A stretch of 64,000 nt of DNA from an uncultured delta proteobacterium (GTDB lineage Bacteria > Myxococcota_A > Polyangia > Fen-1088), in assembly GCA_963796685.1 (NCBI GenBank), contig CAWCMR010000006.1:160001-224000 (forward strand). The letters are read 5' to 3'. A model generated the notes under the pieces. The model ran no database searches. It was not told where the DNA came from and was given only the letters and a program-made list of their open reading frames with translations. Positions 52,701-60,389 of the stretch are shown in pieces. Made by a program: the position numbers and the translations under genes. Numbering within the stretch: the stretch's first letter is position 1; each line of letters begins with the position of its first letter.

Positions 52701-53314
52701 ACGGAGCGGATTCCAAGGTTCGGGACCAGTTGCAACAGGAGATGCTCGAGCACTATCGGAAGTTCAACGGAATGCTTGCACTTTCCGGAACCCCGACGGA
52801 CCAGAGCAAGCAGATCATCGAGCAAATTTCGCACGGGCCCGAAGGTGAGGTCTTCTTCTTTGGCCAGTTTGCTGGGCAAATGGTCGATCGTCTGGACGAT
52901 CGAGAATTGGCGTCGCTCAGCGATTTGCTTCTGACCAGCATTATCTCTCAATGGAATCCAAGGCGGATCGACCTGCTTTCGCTGCTTCTCATACGATCAT
53001 TGACAGCTTCCTCCTCGCCGGTGTTCTTGTCTTCGTACAAACATGCCGTTGACCCTCGACAAGTCTATGCCGACTTGCTCAAGGGCCCTTTTACGGTGGG
53101 AGCGGCTCGTAACAGACTCCTCGCGGCTCTGGTCTCGGATCGCGCTCAGACGCTACGAGATCCCGAACGCTGCGGCCCGGCTATCTTTCCGCCTGAGAAT
53201 GCCCGGAATGCCCACGGAACGGAGAACAGGCGACTACTCGACATCCTGGCGCAGCAGTCCGATCAATCCCTGCTGCCAGTAGACCTCGTCGGCCCTCCAC
53301 CGTGGCAGTTCTAG
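49745..53314 (+). CDS. Membrane-anchored STAND-type (nSTAND1-like) P-loop NTPase with C-terminal HEAT/ARM-like repeats
   Basis: N-terminal TM, LVGRDEDI, GESGAGKT.LVQAGL.P.L, LLIFDQFDD, RSD, L.HDYLA, internal TM, long helical repeat region. Less GC-biased than its neighbours. Start uncertain. Confidence 0.8.
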   Translation: MSVASAFVSQIGALAAVPAFVKVLVPVICAILAVILVWFSLPLPSRLLQPERFRLLSRVPTDLVGRDEDIERLVRNCSQHVLTFLVGESGAGKTALVQAGLVPALSGQRQNAAGNARFVPLSIDLSSVPWERGLHQAVADSLCRLEQRDLDSLKATAPVGNFDAWSWIRELPARTPKRLLLIFDQFDDYLSAHRERFYEGTTLRRASEIATDGDWREVQSLLRDEEIHLIVIARSDVGAALSALQFVDESKFTHQELHSIKTGLISPLLERIALAPDQSPVIENPEFGWMALQHRILRDIQDERGEVLPIRLAVALSGLRFTRRHLLTLREYERLGGLSGLEKQHIQRVVESAGRVANIPKDDILEGIRSLLVAPDGNKATSCSKQDFATALRQRSASGSAEEAVRILLEELMLRTSASSDKDDPRLLLYHDYLARPLRDAQGEATKWDDFVCKRNQQLADATGLEWWRALLSMGEQLKLVGHILARRVSLTSAGSLIAKSFLRWIPAGILVALAGLGAWQYSVYRNQMMVRETMKAIGHGELTEEEARDLKHLWTGDRGLLTLALQLADDVVVAKRAATRAQYIAQVAVGLDVTGRRSDKLAENILLPALTTGRPGQVLMASAIVASDQLRLLDSTSTKLAQAIVEQLKDASQDTLPSLVSALGKVPARIDADRSLMTTSSLLDRLLAGTPSPEEDFRVSEAVSAIAPRLDSPTGIQILSTYLPRLLAQRDPASICRTAQALARIATAIPGRERARLAPPVWERVRDVTNWPNVVSCLGVLATTLTADESSTDASEIATQLLARLESDGDSHTQSSLAGAVASLKPHLESREVLRAARAVLGRMRQESNTLFGGGALEALSRLLSNDDAQRLADEVLELMKTFPPSDAQAIQDLGRTLVELAPRLDSQADLRLARQLLTLAERANELQATSFLMLTTQLIPSLDVANAADLARDLLAWTTARKEQTFFWEDTGRALCLLCEKLKDGADSKVRDQLQQEMLEHYRKFNGMLALSGTPTDQSKQIIEQISHGPEGEVFFFGQFAGQMVDRLDDRELASLSDLLLTSIISQWNPRRIDLLSLLLIRSLTASSSPVFLSSYKHAVDPRQVYADLLKGPFTVGAARNRLLAALVSDRAQTLRDPERCGPAIFPPENARNAHGTENRRLLDILAQQSDQSLLPVDLVGPPPWQF

Positions 53315-53413
53315 GATGGAGTCCATGACGTTTGGTTCCTAAGCCGCGATCGGCCCCGCCGATAGGCGAGGGCGACGTGAGACGGGTGCCGCAGAGGATT
53401 ACCCTCTAGTTGG

Positions 53414-54382
53414 TCAACGTGATGGCCACATCTTCTCTGCAAGCTGCTGCGACATCTGCAATCGGATGCTGCCGATTGGACGAAGTGCATTATTCATGGC
53501 GAATTCGAGCCAGCGGCGTCCATCGGTAAATGCACCCTTCATCGCATGCTGGAACTGCTGAATGGCTGCGGCCTTCAGGGACTCATCCTTAACAATTACT
53601 GCATGTCGAAGGATTTTCGCCATTACGTCTGACCCATCATCAACAGAAGGAAGGCTCTCGAGAACGTGGGCTGCGTTGGCGGAAATCTCAAAACCTAACT
53701 GAAGTGCCGTATCGACGATCTCGCGCTCTGCGGGATTGAGTTGCTCGGTGCGTTTCTCAATCCACGGCGGCAAGGGAAGCGTCTCGATGATGACTATGTG
53801 CGCAATACTCGTGAGGTCTTCAAGCCTGGATCCGTGCGTCCATCTTCCCGCGAGCAGACTCCCGATTGCGTAAAGCACCTCCAGGCGCACTCGCAGTCCA
53901 TATCCCCATGCGTATTGACCCAAGAGGCGGATCCGCTGAATGACCTCACTCAAGCCGCCATAGGGCCCGCAAGATGGGCCAAGTTTTCTCACCTCCATGG
54001 TTGCAAGAGCATCCAGAAAGTCTTCTTGACTGGTGGACTCACTTCCAGGGAGTGAGGGCCTCCTGCGCGCGTTCCGTCTCTCCTGGACCTCGGAGTACCA
54101 CTCATCACGGTACCGCCTGACCACCACGGCTGACAGTTTCCTGGTTAGGCTTGTGGTCTTCGACGCCTCCTCATGGTGCTCGTGGCAGAGCAGGGCAAGA
54201 TTTTCAAGGCCATCGCCTGCCCTTCTTCCGTCAACATGATGGACCTGAACGCCCTTACGTGCCTCATGGTAGATGCAGCAGACGCGGTCCGACTTCCACA
54301 TCAGGTCCGCTTCTACGTTCGGGGAGAGACGTGGGCGACGTTTTGCCGCTGGGAGTGTCGTCTTCTTAGCCATGGCCAGCAT
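53414..54382 (-). CDS. HNH endonuclease-like N-terminal domain with helical C-terminus
   Basis: SDRVCCI...QVHHVDG.......NL..LC.EHH; atypical codon usage. Start at 54382 or 54373. Confidence 0.72.
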   Translation of the reverse strand: MLAMAKKTTLPAAKRRPRLSPNVEADLMWKSDRVCCIYHEARKGVQVHHVDGRRAGDGLENLALLCHEHHEEASKTTSLTRKLSAVVVRRYRDEWYSEVQERRNARRRPSLPGSESTSQEDFLDALATMEVRKLGPSCGPYGGLSEVIQRIRLLGQYAWGYGLRVRLEVLYAIGSLLAGRWTHGSRLEDLTSIAHIVIIETLPLPPWIEKRTEQLNPAEREIVDTALQLGFEISANAAHVLESLPSVDDGSDVMAKILRHAVIVKDESLKAAAIQQFQHAMKGAFTDGRRWLEFAMNNALRPIGSIRLQMSQQLAEKMWPSR

Positions 54383-54435
54383 GCTATCCGATCCCCTATC
54401 TGCGGTCCTGATAGATGGCGGCTTCCAATCCCATT

Positions 54436-57400
54436 TCACGCTCCCGCCTCCGACACCAACGCCGCCACTGCCCAGTCGTAGTCTGGGCGTGTCCCATCCC
54501 AAAGCGGCATGTTGCTATCCGCCCCGATGTTCAGCCCGCGATCCTCGGCCCATTCCTGCAAGAAGACCATCGCATCTTCGCTGACCTCGCGCGCGGGTAC
54601 CGATGGTAATTCGCCTCCGTCGGGTGCCCGAAAGCACAAATCCCCGTCTGCCGTTCGCTCGACCGACCAGCCGCCTTCGTGGACCAGATGGTGGTGGTGC
54701 GAGCACAGCAAGGAAAGGTTGTCCAAGCTGGTTTCGCCCCCGTGCAACCAGTGCTGGATGTGGTGGCCGTGCAGGAATAGGTTGTGGGTGCAGCCGGGGA
54801 AGGCGCAACCACGGTCGCGCAGGAGGAGGGCGCGGCGAATTGAGGTGGGAATGGTGCGGGTGCGGCGGCCGGGGAGCCCCTCACCCGGCGCACTTCGCGC
54901 GCCGACCTCTCCCCGCTGCGCGGGGCGAGGTGATTCTACGGCCACGAGGCCACAGTCGCAGGCCACGCGCCGGAGCGGTCGGGTGGCCCTGGGCGGTTGT
55001 CCGCCCAGGGCTCCCACAGATCCGGACGTGCAGATTTCCCGCATCCGGCTCCTCAAGCTACGGTTTCGTTGCGGGTCGGTAGACGCTGTGGACGATTCGG
55101 ATCGGCGGCAGCGGATACCGCTGCAGCAGAGCACAGAAGCGTTCCCACACCATCTTTGCTCTTGCTGACCGACGGTTGAGCCAGTAGCGCCACACGCGCT
55201 CGACCTCGTGCAGAAAGCGACTGAGACAGCGTGCGTTTCCGGTGATTCCGAAATACGCATAGTGTCCGCGAAGCTTCCGCGAAAGGTCGATGTGCTGTGC
55301 GGCGACGGCGTCGTGCCGATGGGTCCGACACCAGTCAGCGATTCGAGAGAGCGCTCGACAAAAGCGGCTCGACGAGGTTTTGCGCTGGATGACTGCGGCT
55401 CCCTTGCGGGACTTACCCCAGTACCAGGTGAAGCCCAGCATGTCGAAAGTCTCAGGCGCACTCGGGTTCGCAGACGACTGCGACCTGCGCGGCCTTCGAA
55501 AGTCGAGCATCCTGGTTTTCTCTGGATGCAGGGCGAGGCCATACTTGGCAAACCGTTTGCCGAGTACATCCAACACTCTGCGGGCATCGTCCTCGTTTCC
55601 AACGACGATGGCCACGTCATCTGCGTACCGGACCATGAATGCCTGTGACCGAAGTCTGAGCTTCACTTCCCGAGCAAACCACGTATCCAGGACCTCGTGC
55701 AGGTAGATGTTCGCGAGTAGCGGTGAGACGACACCTCCCTGGGGCGTTCCGCCTTCAGGGTGGTACACGCTGCCGTCCTCTAGAACTCCTGCTTTGAGCC
55801 ACTTGTCGATTGCTCGACGGAGCACTCCGTCTCGCACCCTTCTGTCGAGAAAGCCTCGGAGATGTCCATGGTCGACGGTGTCGAAGTAGCTCTTGATGTC
55901 TACCTCAATCACCCAGCCACCGCCCATGTTCATCAGACCCTGCCAAAGCGTTGCCAGCGCTTGATGCGCCGACCGGCCCGGTCGGAAGCCATACGAGCAG
56001 GCTAGAAAGTCCTGCTCATAAACCGCCTCCAGCACCATCGTGACCGCCCTTTGAAGCACTTTGTCTTCGAAGGTCGGTATCCCTATGGGGCGGGTCGACT
56101 TACCATCCCCCTTCGGGATATGCACCCGTCGAACCGGAGGCGCCTGGTACGTGCCCGACTTGAACCGGTCTAGCAGCAACCGCAGATTTCCCTGCAGATT
56201 CGCCGCGTACCCGGTCGCATCCTGGCCGTCTACTCCAGTCGCCCCATCCTTTCGGGTCAGCCGAAACGCTTGGTCTAATAGTTCCAGGTCGATGTGATGG
56301 GCAAGCGTCGTGAACACCATGTCCGGTGATTCCTTCGCCAGCTTTGCTATCCGCTGTAGTTTCGTTGAGACGTTTTCGGGACTCGACGTTCCCTTCATCT
56401 TTCTCTCCAGCCGTTCCGTAGTTTGGCTCCCCCTTCCCTCCACGGGGTCCCTCGGGTCGGTTCCCCCGCTTCATCGGTACTACGAGAAAGCTCCGACTTC
56501 CTTTCGCCCTTCCCGCCGCGCTTCGTTTCCTTCGCTTGGCGGTACCACTGCGCGCTCATTCGTTCGCTCCCCATCGTGTCGAGCGCGTCGTGATGGGGCC
56601 TGGGCTCTTGGCTTCCGCCGGGTGCCCTTCCCTTGTTGTCAGTGGAGACGACAGGACCTCCCAGGTTCCTGTGGAACCCCTGTGCATGCGCGCCACGTTC
56701 TTCGACCCCGGCGGGACCTCAACGCCTAGCCATTGCGGCATCGCAGGTGCTGACGCCGCTCAGAAAACCACGGCATCTCCCGCAAGCAGTTTCATTTCGA
56801 GGCTCTATCGCGCGGCCCTCATGCTCCCTGTGTACGCTTCGCAGTCGGGGTTACCCCCGAACCACGCAACACTCGGTTCCGGCTGGTTGCCAGCCTTTGC
56901 CGGGCGGGCTTGTCCCGCCGGGTTCCTTCGCAAGGTTTCAATCATGGTTCTACATGTCATCCTCCTTGCCCAGGCTTTGCCTGGCGCACTTTCCGCGGAA
57001 ACGCCTGTGCCGTCGTCCAGGGTTCCGGCCAGCGCGCCGTCGGGTGCAAGCGGATCTTGATCGACGTGAAGCATGACCTGGAAGCGCTCGCCGCCGTTGC
57101 CGTTGCCTGCGTTGCCGGCCAGGTAGCTTTCGGCCAGGGCGACCATGCCGTCGGCGCGGGATGGCCGCTTGGGGTCGGGCTGCTCTATTCTGTGCTCGTC
57201 AACCTTGTGCTCGAGTCCGCGAGCCCGGTCGAGCGCGCCCAGCACGAGCTCGGCTTCGTCGGGCGTTAGAACAATTTCGAGCTTGACCATGCCGCCAACC
57301 AAGTCGCGGCGGCGCACGGAGCGCTCGGGTGGCGGGAGGGCGTTGTCAGCGGTCATGGCAATGCGGTAGCCACGGCACAGGCGTTCGAGCTGGGCGCCGG

Positions 57401-57740
57401 TGGAGTACATGGCGGCGTCGAGCAACTTGGCCTCGGTCTCGGGGGTGGCCACGCGGGTCAGCGCTCGCACCTTCGCGTACGACAGCTTGCCCGACCTCAA
57501 GGCGGCGTCGATGGCGGGCAAGTTGCCGAGCGTGCGCGCCACGCGCACCTTCTCGCGTGCGGTGGCCGGGTCGAGCCCAATTCGCCAAGACAACCAGTGC
57601 GCGCACGACACCGCCCCTTGTGGTTCCCATCCGCACTCGGCATCGAATTGGCGAATGCATTCGAGCAACCGGTGCGTGGCCGCATCCAAGTGAACCGCCA
57701 ATTCCGCTATCTCTTGACCCAATTCCTCGACGGTAAACAT
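54436..57740 (-). CDS. DUF222 + HNH endonuclease gene interrupted by a group II intron (exons 57740-56990 and 54977-54436; 430 aa spliced)
   Basis: Exon 1 has [10 protein letters not shown]....[25 protein letters not shown]. The splice junction GAA A|CG restores VSAETLRRVACD. Exon 2 has [14 protein letters not shown]...HHI.HW.HGGET.L.NL.LLC.HHH..VHEGG. Summed length of 1293 nt is in frame. Confidence 0.9.
54875..54932 (-). repeat. 58-bp REP-like palindromic element, copy 2, inside the DUF222-HNH coding sequence
   Basis: First 30 and last 13 nt are identical to copy 1; the middle differs but still forms a hairpin. Confidence 0.8.
54978..56989 (-). mobile_element. Group II intron (2012 nt), apparently full length
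   Basis: 5' end GTGCG at 56989; domain V GAGCCGGATGCGGGAAATCTGCACGTCCGGATC with AGC triad; domain VI ending ...CCCGAC at 54978; candidate EBS1 UUUCUG (56766-56761) in a stem-loop pairs with IBS1 CGGAAA; removal restores the host ORF. Confidence 0.93.
55058..56398 (-). CDS. ltrA: Group II intron reverse transcriptase/maturase (no endonuclease domain)
   Basis: GVDG, IPK..G..RPIGIP...[53 protein letters not shown] before ATG 56398. Confidence 0.95.
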   Translation of the reverse strand: MKGTSSPENVSTKLQRIAKLAKESPDMVFTTLAHHIDLELLDQAFRLTRKDGATGVDGQDATGYAANLQGNLRLLLDRFKSGTYQAPPVRRVHIPKGDGKSTRPIGIPTFEDKVLQRAVTMVLEAVYEQDFLACSYGFRPGRSAHQALATLWQGLMNMGGGWVIEVDIKSYFDTVDHGHLRGFLDRRVRDGVLRRAIDKWLKAGVLEDGSVYHPEGGTPQGGVVSPLLANIYLHEVLDTWFAREVKLRLRSQAFMVRYADDVAIVVGNEDDARRVLDVLGKRFAKYGLALHPEKTRMLDFRRPRRSQSSANPSAPETFDMLGFTWYWGKSRKGAAVIQRKTSSSRFCRALSRIADWCRTHRHDAVAAQHIDLSRKLRGHYAYFGITGNARCLSRFLHEVERVWRYWLNRRSARAKMVWERFCALLQRYPLPPIRIVHSVYRPATKP

Positions 57741-57747
57741 GGGTAAG

Positions 57748-57776
57748 ACTATACAGATGTTCAGGTGTAATTGCAA
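57748..57776 (-). promoter_or_regulatory. Sigma70 promoter (probably leaderless) overlapped by a Myxococcus-type LexA box
   Basis: Minus strand TTGCAA-N17-TATAGT, 7 nt before ATG 57740. Plus strand CTATACAGATGTTCAGG (57749-57765) resembles the M. xanthus LexA consensus CTRHAMRYBYGTTCAGS with two central mismatches. Confidence 0.7.
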
Positions 57777-57863
57777 TGGAAATTCGATGCGATTCACTTG
57801 CATGCACCACAGTCGCGCACGTGAATTTCCGGCCCGCTCGGCGCCTTGACCTGCATGTAACAG

Positions 57864-58694
57864 CTACCGGCGACCGTCGAGGAAGGACATCACTTCCTGC
57901 CACCACGCTTGCTGCGTGAAATCCTGCCACGTGTTGTGAGTTGCGTGCGTAAGGGTCCACAGCCGCTTGCGTCCCGCAAACGAGGAAAACAATGTCTGAG
58001 TGCATGGCGTGGGGATCAACTCGTCTTGTCCGGCGAGGATCACGGCGAGTGGTCCGGGATAGGTCGCCAGGTTTCGCACGCTGTCGTAACGATCGAGCAC
58101 CAGCCACTTCACCGGCAAGAACCAGAAGGTCTTCTGCGCGACCCGCGGCAGGTCGTCCCAGGCCGTGGCCAGCAACACGCCGTCGAGGCTCTTGCCAGCA
58201 GTAGCAACCGTCGCGGCGGCTACGCCGCTGCCCAGGGATTCGCCGAAGAGGAAGAGTGGCGCGCCGAACTGTGCGCGCGCAAGCTCGACCGAGCGGACGG
58301 CATCCGCGACCAACGCAGCCTCGCTCGGGCTGCCGGGACGGGCACCGTACCCCGGGTATTCGAGCAGAATCAGGCGGTAGCCGAGCGGCGTTGTGAACCG
58401 CCGTAGGTCGGACCAGTCGAGCGCCGACCCGGCGTTGCCGTGAAGATGCAAAATGGTGCCCTTCGTCGGGGAAGCATGCGGATCGACCATCAGACCACGG
58501 TGGTCGGCCCCTGCAGGCCAGGGACGGAGGTCCTCGGCCTGGCTTTGCTTGGCCAACTCTGCCAGCGTGTAGGTGGTCGGGTGATAAAGCAGGCGTCGCT
58601 GGAAGACGAAGAGGGCTGACTCGAGCAGGAGGAAGACAACCACCAAGAGAATCGCGATCCGGCGCAGCCTGTGCCAGACGCGTGCAGCAGTCAT
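57864..58694 (-). CDS. Alpha/beta hydrolase (ABHD13/BEM46-like) with N-terminal TM
   Basis: FQRRLLYHP, HGNAG, EYPGYG, GESLG nucleophile elbow, G.DELIP, THN. Confidence 0.9.
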   Translation of the reverse strand: MTAARVWHRLRRIAILLVVVFLLLESALFVFQRRLLYHPTTYTLAELAKQSQAEDLRPWPAGADHRGLMVDPHASPTKGTILHLHGNAGSALDWSDLRRFTTPLGYRLILLEYPGYGARPGSPSEAALVADAVRSVELARAQFGAPLFLFGESLGSGVAAATVATAGKSLDGVLLATAWDDLPRVAQKTFWFLPVKWLVLDRYDSVRNLATYPGPLAVILAGQDELIPTPCTQTLFSSFAGRKRLWTLTHATHNTWQDFTQQAWWQEVMSFLDGRR

Positions 58695-58759
58695 ACGGAA
58701 CGGCCCCCCGCGGGTGCGACAACCACGCCGCATGGTCGCGCGTTTGTCAGAGCTTGTCA

Positions 58760-59320
58760 TCTGCAAGAAGACCATCGCATCTTCGCTGGCTTGGCGCGCG
58801 GGTACTGCGGGCAAGGCGCCTCCGTCGGCCCGCGAAAGCACAAATCCCCGTCTGCCGTTCGCTCGACCGACCAACCACCTTCGTGGACCAGGTGGTGGTG
58901 GTGCGAGCACAGCAAAGAAAGGTCTTCCAAGCTGGTTTCGCCCCCGTGCAGCCAGTGCTGGATGTGGTGGCCGTGCAGGAATCGGTTGTGGGTGCAGCCG
59001 GGAAAGGCGCAACCGCGGTCGTGCAGGAGGAGGGCGCGGCGAATGGCCGGAGGAATGGAGCGGGAGCGCCTACCAATGGACAGGGTGGTTCCGGTCTTGT
59101 CGTGGCCGACGGCCACGAGGCCGCGGTCGCAGGCCGCGCGCCGAATACTTTCCGCGGAAACGCGGGTACCATCGTCCAGGGTTCCGGCCAGCACGTCGTC
59201 GGGTGTGAGCGGATCTCGGAAAGGATCTAGATCGACATGAAGCATGACCTGGAAGCAGTCCGCGAGCCCGGTCGAGCACACCCAGTACGAGATCGGCTTC
59301 GTCGGGCGTTAGCACAATGT
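58760..59320 (-). pseudogene. Degenerate second copy of the DUF222-HNH gene (3' part only)
   Basis: High similarity to 54555-54977 and 56990-57275, with a deletion/frameshift after LDRARGL and another near 58830. Both ends truncated, no intron. Confidence 0.85.
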
Positions 59321-59429
59321 CGGGCCAGCGTGGCGCGTGGCGCGTTGAACCGCACCCTGGCTTGCCCCTATGTGGCCTGACAAATTGGATTCATGGCTCA
59401 GCTTCCTGGTCGTGGACGAATTCGAGAAG

Positions 59430-59747
59430 CTATGCCGCCGGCTTGATCTGAACCCTGTATTTGAGCCCTGCTGCCCGTAGACTCTCCTCGATTGACAAGC
59501 GGATGAGGAGCTCCTGAGGTACGCCAATGGCCTTGGCGATTTGCTCGGCCTTTTCCGGACTCACACCCTTGCGCCCCTTCTCTATGTCGCACAGGTTAGC
59601 GACTGACATGCCGACGAGCCTGCCGAAATCCGCCAGACTGATCCCCTCGGAGACCCGCCAGGCGTGAAGAAACTCACCCACGGTGAGCTTGCCCATCCGT
59701 CTCTCCAAATCCTTCGACCCGAAAATCTTTTGCCTATCTGTACTCAT
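59430..59747 (-). CDS. XRE/HigA-like HTH antitoxin
   Basis: LTVGEFL.AWR..EG.S...FG...G.S..NLCDIEKGRK.VSPE.A..IA; overlaps the upstream toxin remnant. Confidence 0.85.
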   Translation of the reverse strand: MSTDRQKIFGSKDLERRMGKLTVGEFLHAWRVSEGISLADFGRLVGMSVANLCDIEKGRKGVSPEKAEQIAKAIGVPQELLIRLSIEESLRAAGLKYRVQIKPAA

Positions 59748-59860
59748 GCTTGTTTACCTCCAAGACCTCGATCAGCTCGACCTCGCCGGTCTCATGCTCC
59801 ACGTAGATCGCTCGGTAGGCTCTGTTCAACCGCACCGATCTTTGCCCTTGGCGCCCCCAG
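59734..59860 (-). pseudogene. C-terminal remnant of a HigB/RelE-like toxin
   Basis: G.RQGQRSVRLNRAYRAIY...IEVLEVNKHEY is toxin-like, but the upstream in-frame sequence is not. Confidence 0.65.
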
Positions 59861-60113
59861 AAGAGCTTGGTCACTGCTGCGAAGCTACTGCTACAAGCAG
59901 TATTTGTCAAGGACCGTTTGAGCTGATCCCCTGCGGGGGCCACCGACGCGCCACCAAGAAACATAGGCGCGCTCGCGCTCTTGGCCAGGGTTGTCAGCGT
60001 CGTTGCTCCGCCGAGACCGAGCGGGTCAAGAAGACTACGAAACAGATTCCGTTGCGGAACTGTCGCTAAGAAGTCGCAAATCAGACCCGCATTGCATGGC
60101 TACTGTGCGCGCG

Positions 60114-60389
60114 ATGCAAACCTTTCCGATCCGTCGACCCAAGAAGCAATCATCAACAAGAGGGTGGAAGGTGGCAGTTCTGGTAGGGCTCGTCTTGATC
60201 GGATGGGGCGTTGGCTGCGGTCTTGGCAGCTATGACGACCTGGGCGAGCCGGTCCCGGGACAGCGGTGGCCGTGGGTGTGTCCCGCGGGAGGCGACCCGA
60301 GCATGGACGGCGGTTGCCCACCTGCGGCGAGTATGGATGCCGCAGCCACGGACGACGCCTCAGACGCGGCTACCGTAGGGGCGTCATGA
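60114..60389 (+). CDS. Small lipoprotein upstream of the TonB-dependent receptor
   Basis: Basic N-terminus, hydrophobic stretch, GVGC lipobox, WPWVC...C; ATGA overlap with the receptor. Confidence 0.6.
   Translation: MQTFPIRRPKKQSSTRGWKVAVLVGLVLIGWGVGCGLGSYDDLGEPVPGQRWPWVCPAGGDPSMDGGCPPAASMDAAATDDASDAATVGAS

Noticed and set aside
49353-54932. Composite transposon bounded by the two inverted REP-like copies
   Set aside because: No transposase or target-site duplication, and one copy lies inside a gene that extends beyond it.
55058-56398. Reverse transcriptase as retron, DGR or CRISPR-associated RT
   Set aside because: It lies within clear group II intron boundaries with domains V/VI and has a maturase region. 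No TR/VR pair, msr-msd or cas genes were seen. The duplicated DUF222 segments differ by indels and mixed substitutions, not adenine-specific changes.
56990-57003. GTTTCCGCGGAAAC-type palindrome as a parS site
   Set aside because: It resembles parS (GTTTCACGTGAAAC) but differs at the central bases, lies in coding sequence, and no parAB is nearby.
59950-60113. Cobalamin riboswitch upstream of the TonB-dependent receptor
   Set aside because: The conserved B12-box and GGGAA elements could not be identified; only a generic possible hairpin is present.
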